This document shows, piece after piece, positions 26,320 to 32,000 of a stretch of 32,000 nucleotides of DNA. The DNA is from Candidatus Methanoperedens sp. GTDB taxonomy: Archaea; Halobacteriota; Methanosarcinia; Methanosarcinales; Methanoperedenaceae. Position numbers and translations under genes: made by a program. The notes below the pieces were generated by a model. It was not told the origin of the DNA. It searched no databases and saw nothing but the letters and a program-made list of their open reading frames with translations. Every line of letters starts with the position of its first letter. The first letter of the stretch is position 1. Where the stretch lies: assembly GCA_027460535.1 (NCBI GenBank), contig JAPZAR010000023.1, positions 21,403-53,402 on the forward strand, in the 5' to 3' direction.

Positions 26320-26505
26320 ATTATAAAATGTGGGTTTTGTTCACTTTTCCAAATAATCCATCTTCGGGTGTCTTCCAGGTTTCATTCTAAGCGTTCCTGA
26401 AAGCTTCTTCTTGAGCATATCCACAGATATAAATGTAAAAATATATCTATTAAGTTTTAGTAAAATATACAGGATTTATTATGCCGGCAGATAAATAACG
26501 AGCTA

Positions 26506-27603
26506 ATGTCACTATCAGAGGTTATTATAGAAAAAATCCGGCAAAGTGGCGCGATTTCCTTCCGCGATTTTATGGAAATGGCCCTATATTACCCGGGACT
26601 CGGGTATTATACCTCAACCAGACAAAAAATAGGAAAGACCGGAGATTATTACACAAGTCCCAACCTGAGTCCGGCTTTCGGGGAAATGCTGGGAAGGCAG
26701 ATCGAGGAGATGTGGCAAATATTGGGAAAAAATGAGTTCACTGTGGTGGAGATGGGGGCAGGAACAGGGCTCCTTTCAGGTGATGTTCATACCTATCTCA
26801 GCAAGAACCCTGAATTGAATCACGACTTAAATTATTGCATAATCGAAAAAAGCCCTGCAATGCGGGAAGAACAGAAGAAGCGATTGGGAGAAAAGGTAAG
26901 CTGGTTTGATTCTCTTGAAGAACTTGGCAAGATGAGAGGATGCATATTTTCCAATGAAGTTGTGGATGCTTTTCCCGTGCACCAGGTGGTGATGGAAGAA
27001 GAACTCATGGAGATCTGCGTGGATTATAGCGATCGCTTTTATGAAACGCTAAGACCTGCCTCAAGCGAACTTAAAGATTATCTTGCGGAAATGGGTGTGG
27101 TTTTGCCCCAGGGATACAGGACCGAGATCAATCTTGATGCGATAAAATGGATCGGAGAAATTGCTTCCATTCTCACAAAAGGATTTGTCATAACCATTGA
27201 TTACGGCTATCCTTCCTGGGAATTGTATCAGGATTATAGAAATTCCGGGACCCTCATGTGCTATTACAGGCACACAGCAAGCGACAATCCATATGTGCAT
27301 ATCGGGGAGCAGGATATCACGTCTCATGTGAATTTTTCGGCGCTTGCACGCTGGGGCAATAAGAATGGATTGCAGCTCTGTGGATTCACGGACCAGGTGC
27401 ATTTCTTATTGGGGCTTGGCATCGAAGAATACATGAAGAAGTTGCAGGAAATCGACCAAAGGAATTCCATAAAAGAAATGCTTGCTGTGAAAACTCTCCT
27501 TATGGAAATGGGTGAAACCTTCAAAATCCTGATACAGAGGAAGGGACTTACATGTAAAGAACTCTCTGGCCTGAAGTTTCAGAGTAGCTGGAAACTATTT
27601 TAG
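26506..27603 (+). CDS. SAM-dependent methyltransferase, MidA/NDUFAF7 (DUF185) family
   Basis: 365-aa ORF with ISFRDFMEMALYYPGLGYY, DYYTSP-LSPAFGE, the SAM motif VVEMGAGTG, SNEVVDAFPVH, IDYGY and DITSHVNFS. Confidence 0.85.
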   Translation: MSLSEVIIEKIRQSGAISFRDFMEMALYYPGLGYYTSTRQKIGKTGDYYTSPNLSPAFGEMLGRQIEEMWQILGKNEFTVVEMGAGTGLLSGDVHTYLSKNPELNHDLNYCIIEKSPAMREEQKKRLGEKVSWFDSLEELGKMRGCIFSNEVVDAFPVHQVVMEEELMEICVDYSDRFYETLRPASSELKDYLAEMGVVLPQGYRTEINLDAIKWIGEIASILTKGFVITIDYGYPSWELYQDYRNSGTLMCYYRHTASDNPYVHIGEQDITSHVNFSALARWGNKNGLQLCGFTDQVHFLLGLGIEEYMKKLQEIDQRNSIKEMLAVKTLLMEMGETFKILIQRKGLTCKELSGLKFQSSWKLF

Positions 27604-27639
27604 AAAAAAAGGTGTAATAAAAAAATTAGAAAAAAATTA

Positions 27640-27900
27640 TTAAACCGTTACACACATCGTTTCACCGCAGCATACAATCGCTTCCTCGCTGGGTTCGATG
27701 CATACCATCTCGCATCCGCATGTTTCGCAATAGTATATATCACCTTTTTCCGCACCCTTTTCCTTCTTTGCCCTGGTTTTCTTCGGTTTTGCCCTGGGGG
27801 GTTTTGTTCCGGTGGTTTTTGCCACTGCCGCTATTTTACTCCTTTCTTTCCACCACGAAGAAGACGGTGTAGTGGATTTAGACTTTGCTTTTTTTGCCAT
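27640..27900 (-). CDS. Desulforedoxin-type (Dfx N-terminal-like) Cys4 metal-binding domain with a Lys/Ser/Thr-rich basic N-terminal tail
   Basis: 86-aa ORF. The C-terminal YYCETCGCEMVCIEP...VCCGETM matches the desulforedoxin pattern Y-C--CG--V-V....-VCCGE-M. The N-terminal ~55 residues are low-complexity and basic (KKAKSKS...KPKKTRAKKEK). Confidence 0.7.
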   Translation of the reverse strand: MAKKAKSKSTTPSSSWWKERSKIAAVAKTTGTKPPRAKPKKTRAKKEKGAEKGDIYYCETCGCEMVCIEPSEEAIVCCGETMCVTV

Positions 27901-27959
27901 TAATTTACCTCCACTTTATCTTTATTATAATTCTTGCATTAATGAGATTTATACATATC

Positions 27960-27968
27960 GGTCAAAAG
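27960..27968. repeat. Target-site duplication, left copy (GGTCAAAAG)
   Basis: This 9-mer immediately abuts the left IS inverted repeat. An identical copy lies at 29229-29237. Confidence 0.85.
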
Positions 27969-27985
27969 GGCTGTGGGACAAAATT
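27969..27985. repeat. IS left terminal inverted repeat
   Basis: GGCTGTGGGACAAAATT. The reverse complement of the right end is GGCTGTGGGACAGAATT. Confidence 0.85.
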
Positions 27986-28011
27986 GAAAGACACCCCCTC
28001 CATTCGAACCA

Positions 28012-28173
28012 TTAGTCCTTTAGAACAATAACAAATACTCTTTTACCTATGTGCTTTTTTTGAGCATCAATTTTGGCACCATTTCCATAAGGTGTAACTT
28101 TTTTCTCATATATTTCTTCAACATTATCTTTAATTATCACTTTTCCGCCTGCAACAGCTTTGATTTCTCTCAT
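28012..28173 (-). CDS. DUF2080-type putative transposon-encoded small protein
   Basis: This ORF is not in the supplied track because it is under 60 aa. My hand translation is MREIKAVAGGKVIIKDNVEEIYEKKVTPYGNGAKIDAQKKHIGKRVFVIVLKD. The core VTP-GN-AKID--K---GKRV-V-V matches the archaeal transposon-encoded family as I recall it. It is divergent from the transposase and lies inside the IS. Confidence 0.7.
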   Translation of the reverse strand: MREIKAVAGGKVIIKDNVEEIYEKKVTPYGNGAKIDAQKKHIGKRVFVIVLKD

Positions 28174-28226
28174 GTTATAGTATATACATGTAAATACTTA
28201 TATACTTTGCGGTACATTAGAGGGTT

Positions 28227-29213
28227 ATGCTTAAAAGTGATGATATTAGAGACAGGATAAAAGACATAGATGATTTTCTACTAAAGCAATACAAGGAAAG
28301 AAAGGTAGAGAATAAACGAGATTGGCGGACCTATGAACAGCAATTGTTGAATAGGATTAAAGGAGCAATCCGTAATCTTGAACCATTGATAGATCAATCA
28401 ATAAATATTGAAATTCATAGAGGCCCAGGAAGACCTCCAGATTTAGAACTTAAACAGAGAGTTATTATCCTTTTATTGAAAGAACTATTAGGACAAAGCA
28501 ATAGAATGATGGCTTCAATGCTTGGTTTATTTTCTCTCCTTTCAGGAATTGATGTCGGTTATAAAACTGTAGAAAGATTGTACTCGAATCATGACGTTGA
28601 AATGGCGATCCATAATCTTCACATACTCATTTTAAGGGAAAAAGGAGTTAAGAATATTGATGCATGCGGAGATGGAACTGGTTATTCATTGACCATAAAA
28701 AAGCATTATGCTTCTGAGACTCAAATACGAAAAGATAAAGTAAAAGAGTATTCTGGAACCAAGGCTTTTGTTTATTCTTTCAAGTTGCTCGATCTCAAAT
28801 CAAAGATGTATGTAGCATTTGGAATGAGTTTAAAAAGTGAAAAAGAAGCTTTCGATAGAGCTATAGAAATGATAAAGAAGATTGATGTAAAAATCGATAG
28901 CATGAGGCTTGACAAATATTATAGCTTTTCTTCTTATGTCGATAAATTTGGAGACGCGAAAGTCTATGTCATTCCAAGAAAAAATGCCACGGTAAGAGGT
29001 TCGTGGAAATGGAAGGATTCGATGGAAGATTTTGTAAATAATACGTTTTCATATCTGGGACAGTATTTTCGTAGAAACAATTCTGAATCAGGATTTTCAG
29101 CAGATAAAAGAATGTTTGGATGGACGGTGGGACAAAAAAGGGATGATAGAATTAGTACTGCTTTAACCTGCACTGGTCTCTGGCATAATTTGTTAAACTT
29201 GTACCCCACTTAA
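28227..29213 (+). CDS. IS transposase (DDE-type)
   Basis: 328-aa ORF inside the IR-bounded element. It has an N-terminal helical region, a candidate first catalytic Asp context IDACGDGTGYSL, and its stop codon lies inside the right IR. GAGGG sits upstream of the ATG. Confidence 0.85.
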   Translation: MLKSDDIRDRIKDIDDFLLKQYKERKVENKRDWRTYEQQLLNRIKGAIRNLEPLIDQSINIEIHRGPGRPPDLELKQRVIILLLKELLGQSNRMMASMLGLFSLLSGIDVGYKTVERLYSNHDVEMAIHNLHILILREKGVKNIDACGDGTGYSLTIKKHYASETQIRKDKVKEYSGTKAFVYSFKLLDLKSKMYVAFGMSLKSEKEAFDRAIEMIKKIDVKIDSMRLDKYYSFSSYVDKFGDAKVYVIPRKNATVRGSWKWKDSMEDFVNNTFSYLGQYFRRNNSESGFSADKRMFGWTVGQKRDDRISTALTCTGLWHNLLNLYPT

Positions 29214-29228
29214 TTCTGTCCCACAGCC
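29212..29228. repeat. IS right terminal inverted repeat
   Basis: AATTCTGTCCCACAGCC, the inverted copy of 27969-27985 with one mismatch. Confidence 0.85.
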
Positions 29229-29237
29229 GGTCAAAAG
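29229..29237. repeat. Target-site duplication, right copy (GGTCAAAAG)
   Basis: Identical to 27960-27968 and immediately abuts the right IR. Confidence 0.85.
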
Positions 29238-29270
29238 TATTAACTATCTTGCATCTTATAATTGTATAAT

Positions 29271-29906
29271 ATGGTGGAAGAAAAGGTTAATGAAATCATT
29301 GAACTCTTAAAAAAGAATTACTCGGATGTAAAAATCGCACTTGAGTATTCAAATCCCCTGGAACTCTTGATCGCCACTATTCTTTCTGCCCAGTGTACTG
29401 ATGTAAGGGTAAACGAAGTCACAAAGAAGCTATTCAAAAAGTACCGGACGCCTCTGGATTATATCAAAGTCCCGCAGGAAGAGCTTGAAAAAGATATCTA
29501 CTCCACAGGTTTTTACAGGAACAAGTCAAAGAACATTAAAAAACTCTGTGAGATCCTGGTGAATGATTTCAATTCCAGAGTTCCAGAGACCATGGAAGAA
29601 CTTGTCACGCTTCCCGGTGTGGCAAGAAAGACAGCGAACATCGTATTGTCAGGCGCTTTTGGTAAAATCGAAGGAATAGCGGTGGATACGCATGTGAAAA
29701 GGGTTGCAGCAAGGCTCGGCCTGACAAATAACACCGACCCGGAAAAGATCGAAAAAGATTTAATGAAAATAATTCCAAAAATGGAATGGGATATTTTTGC
29801 ACTTATGCTCATACAACATGGAAGACAAGTATGCGTCGCAAAAAAGCCCAGATGTGAGATATGCTTTTTGAACAGGGTCTGCCCGAGTGCATTTACTTTT
29901 GGGTGA
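29271..29906 (+). CDS. nth: Endonuclease III (DNA glycosylase / AP lyase)
   Basis: ATG 29271 is preferred over TTG 29262. Motifs are the HhH-GPD LVTLPGVARKTANIVL, VDTHV, and the 4Fe-4S cluster loop C-x6-C-x2-C-x5-C (CVAKKPRCEICFLNRVC). Confidence 0.9.
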   Translation: MVEEKVNEIIELLKKNYSDVKIALEYSNPLELLIATILSAQCTDVRVNEVTKKLFKKYRTPLDYIKVPQEELEKDIYSTGFYRNKSKNIKKLCEILVNDFNSRVPETMEELVTLPGVARKTANIVLSGAFGKIEGIAVDTHVKRVAARLGLTNNTDPEKIEKDLMKIIPKMEWDIFALMLIQHGRQVCVAKKPRCEICFLNRVCPSAFTFG

Positions 29907-29912
29907 TTTTCA

Positions 29913-30359
29913 ATGGCGATTGAAGAATACAGGAAATTGAGGGATTTTGCAAGAACACCTGAGCCAAAGGGCAGCGCAAGAGAAAGTGCGGAAAATATTT
30001 TCGTGGTGCACGAACATGATGCCAGGCATTTGCATTATGACCTGCGCCTTTCGATAGGCGGGGTATTGCGGTCATGGACAGTCCCAAAGGAACCGCCTGA
30101 TAAAGAAGGAATTAAACGCCTGGCGATCCAGACAGAGGATCATCCTCTCGAATACGCGGACTTTGAAGGCACGATACCCGAAGGGATGTACGGGGCAGGG
30201 ACAGTGCGCATCTGGGATAAGGGCGAGTTCATTATGGATGAAGAGACGGAGAAAGAACTTTTCTTTGAATTGAAGGGGAGGAAGCTGGCAGGGAGGTATG
30301 CGCTGATCAGAACAAAGTTCAGAGGTAAGGATTCGTGGCTTTTCTTTAAGAGGAAATGA
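29913..30359 (+). CDS. Stand-alone LigD-type 3'-phosphoesterase (PE) domain protein
   Basis: 148-aa ORF with the signature FVVHEHDARHLHYDLRL, WTVPKEPP, EDHPLEY and GTIPEG-YGAG. It starts 6 nt after the nth stop. Confidence 0.85.
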   Translation: MAIEEYRKLRDFARTPEPKGSARESAENIFVVHEHDARHLHYDLRLSIGGVLRSWTVPKEPPDKEGIKRLAIQTEDHPLEYADFEGTIPEGMYGAGTVRIWDKGEFIMDEETEKELFFELKGRKLAGRYALIRTKFRGKDSWLFFKRK

Positions 30360-30360
30360 C

Positions 30361-30927
30361 ATGTGGCAGGATATAGCCAGATTCGGGAAAAAACTTGTAG
30401 ATCACGGGCTTGTGGAATCGCATTTCGGGAATATCAGCCTCCGCGCCGGCAGCAAAATGCTCATCACAAAAAGCGGGGCAGATCTTGACGAGATAACCGA
30501 AAATAGCGTCGTGGAGGTGAATATTGAGACGCCTTCAAGCCTTGACAGTATCGCGTCATCGGAAACGGTCGTGCACAGAACTATATACCAGAATACCCCG
30601 GCGCTTGCGATCATCCATGCCCATCCTCCATTTGCGGTTATCGAATCGCTGCTCGTAGAAGATGTTATCGTTCCAATAAATATCGAAGGACAGCACTTCC
30701 TGCATGAAATCCCTGTGGTAAGAGGTGATCCGGGAACCTGCGAACTTGCAGACAACACAGCACTGGCTTTACGCGGCCGCAAAGGCCTTATCGTTTTCAG
30801 GCACGGCACCTTCGCGATCGGAAATGAGTTGGATGAAGCTTATTTTGTTACGGCGCTGATGGAGCAAAGCTGCAAATTGAAGTATTACTTCGATATGGCG
30901 GGAGCGACGCGGGCTTCAGCAAAATAA
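30361..30927 (+). CDS. Class II aldolase/adducin-family protein (fuculose-1-P aldolase / MtnB-like)
   Basis: 188-aa ORF with SHFGNISLR, SGADLDEIT, the metal-ligand region IIHAHPP, and RHGTFAIG. It starts 1 nt after the PE gene stop. Confidence 0.8.
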   Translation: MWQDIARFGKKLVDHGLVESHFGNISLRAGSKMLITKSGADLDEITENSVVEVNIETPSSLDSIASSETVVHRTIYQNTPALAIIHAHPPFAVIESLLVEDVIVPINIEGQHFLHEIPVVRGDPGTCELADNTALALRGRKGLIVFRHGTFAIGNELDEAYFVTALMEQSCKLKYYFDMAGATRASAK

Positions 30928-31044
30928 AAGGAAGTCGTTGCTCAATCTCAAGAAATTTTCATATTATCAACCTGAAAGATAACCCACCCCCCAACCCACC
31001 TATTCTTTTCTTTACCACTTAGGTTATTGAATTTATATATTTAA

Positions 31045-31080
31045 ATCACTTTGCCCGAACTTTACCCGAACTCAAGTGAT
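31045..31080. repeat. Inverted repeat (ATCACTT/AAGTGAT) enclosing a tandem 11-mer (TTGCCCGAACT TTACCCGAACT)
   Basis: The 7-bp arms are at 31045-31051 and 31074-31080. The tandem 11-mers at 31051-31061 and 31062-31072 differ at 1 position. The AT-rich TATA-like sequence TTTATATATTTAAAT lies immediately upstream. Confidence 0.5.
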
Positions 31081-31302
31081 CTAATTCAAACAATAAGATC
31101 AGGCATATCGATAGAAGATCATTAGCATCCTAATAATAATTAGTTGGATCCCGGAGAGATTTATAAACGGTAGTGCGCTATCACGAAATATCGGATGTTG
31201 TCGCGGTCATTATGGCTGCCAATGATATCTGATTATAATCATAAGAAGTATTATTATTTATATGCATAAATATATTGTATCACAGACCTGTGTATAAGAT
31301 TG

Positions 31303-31779
31303 ATGGATAGCCCGGTAAAAAATGAAAGCGCAGTTTCGCCAATCTCGGGAGTGCTCCTGATGGTTGGAATTGCACTGCTGCTTTCGATAATAGTATTTAC
31401 CATATCATCAGGACTTGCTACTGCAGATGAAAAACCGCCGCAATGCTCGATTTCTGTCCAATCCAATGCAGAAACGCCTGTTCAGGATATCAAAATCCAG
31501 CACAGGGGTGGAGATACGCTGATGGCTGGGGACTGGTGGATCTCAATTGTTCCGGCTGGAGAATCCCCGAATTACCAGCGTTCAAGCACCGGGTTCAGCG
31601 TTGGCGACCAGATAATTACGGCAATATTAACCAACGGGAAAGGAAATTACATCGTAACAAATAATACTATTTCGATCGAGGGTTCTGCTGATACGATGAA
31701 ATCAGGCAACTATGAAGTTAAAATCATCGTATATCCATTCGAGAGTCTGGTATTTGATAAAGTGATCGAAGTAAGATAG
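31303..31779 (+). CDS. Archaeal type IV pilin-like protein (class III signal peptide, DUF1628-like N-terminus)
   Basis: ATG 31303. The N-terminus NESAVSPISGVLLMVGIALLLSIIVF matches the archaeal pilin/archaellin-like prepilin signal (AVSPVIGVILMVAIT pattern). The remainder is a beta-rich globular domain. Confidence 0.75.
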   Translation: MDSPVKNESAVSPISGVLLMVGIALLLSIIVFTISSGLATADEKPPQCSISVQSNAETPVQDIKIQHRGGDTLMAGDWWISIVPAGESPNYQRSSTGFSVGDQIITAILTNGKGNYIVTNNTISIEGSADTMKSGNYEVKIIVYPFESLVFDKVIEVR

Positions 31780-31789
31780 CATTTTACCT

Positions 31790-31809
31790 GAACATCTGGA
31801 TCGATGTTC
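31790..31809 (+). terminator. Hairpin downstream of the pilin gene (GAACATC-tggatc-GATGTTC)
   Basis: A perfect 7-bp stem begins 11 nt after the stop codon. No adjacent long T-tract is present, so a terminator function is speculative. Confidence 0.25.
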
Positions 31810-32000
31810 CGATCTCACAGTGTGTACGTATTTTGACAAGAACATATCAGTGCTCGTTGGATTACCCAACTTTACCCCTATCCTCTGACAACAAAATCTA
31901 AGAAAAATTATTTTTCCTAAGGCAGTAACCTTTTTATTAGAATTTCGACCAAAAAATATATATGCTTTGTTGTCATATAATACATGACAACTATGAGCTT

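Larger units (their letters stand above)
27969..29228. mobile_element. Complete insertion sequence (1260 bp), archaeal DDE IS with an accessory DUF2080 ORF; possibly ISA1214-like/ISNCY group
   Basis: The terminal inverted repeats are GGCTGTGGGACAAAATT (27969-27985) and AATTCTGTCCCACAGCC (29212-29228), matching at 16 of 17 positions. They are flanked by a perfect 9-bp direct repeat. The element carries a transposase and a divergent small ORF and is AT-rich relative to its flanks. The family name is from memory only. Confidence 0.85.

Noticed and set aside
26345-26440. A short minus-strand ORF (MLKKKLSGTLRMKPGRHPKMDYLEK) at the right edge of the AT-rich islet. It could be a remnant of an integrase or transposase.
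   Set aside because: It is only about 25 codons long with no recognisable motif. I also found no flanking direct repeats for the islet, so calling it a remnant would be speculation.
1-32000. CRISPR arrays, rRNA genes, large tandem repeats and prophage or integrase signatures.
   Set aside because: Reading both strands, I saw no regularly spaced direct repeats, no rRNA-like conserved blocks and no integrase, recombinase or capsid-like ORFs. The only mobile element I can support is the IS at 27969-29228.

Overview
The window looks like a chromosomal segment from a Methanosarcinales-like euryarchaeon, possibly ANME-2d or Methanoperedens-like. That assignment is an inference from gene content: methanogen-type SerRS, TrmY, archaeal ApgM, an archaeal class-III-signal pilin, a DUF2080-bearing archaeal IS, and futalosine-pathway mqn genes.

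Most of the window is densely packed core metabolism:
- serS, an aldehyde dehydrogenase plus a GabT-like aminotransferase, trmY and apgM.
- A phasin-like gene, a UbiB/ABC1 kinase, mqnB and mqnD.
- The tetrahydrofolate set purN-glyA-folD.
- truA translationally coupled to an O-methyltransferase.
- A PQQ-type sugar dehydrogenase.
- nth, a stand-alone LigD-type 3'-phosphoesterase, and a class II aldolase.

Accessory or unusual parts:
1. A strongly AT-rich islet (about 23.4-26.5 kb) encodes a heavily sequon-decorated membrane-anchored vWA protein. It is divergently paired with a regulator that looks Csa3/CARF-like with a wHTH domain. Nested GTTAC/GTAAC palindromes sit over the shared promoter.
2. 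A tightly coupled four-gene redox operon runs Rieske, glutaredoxin-like (CPWC), FTR-catalytic-subunit-like, Rieske. Its FTR-like protein carries CWC instead of the canonical CHC motif and has altered cysteine spacing.
3. A complete 1260-bp IS has 17-bp terminal inverted repeats and a perfect 9-bp target-site duplication. It also carries an untracked 53-aa DUF2080 ORF.
4. An intact Phd/RelB-type antitoxin is followed by what looks like a nonsense-riddled RelE/ParE toxin remnant.

I found no rRNA, tRNA or CRISPR array. I cannot claim a demonstrably novel system from sequence alone. The vWA/regulator islet and the Rieske-FTR operon are the best candidates for follow-up. All homology statements come from motif recognition and recollection, not database searches.
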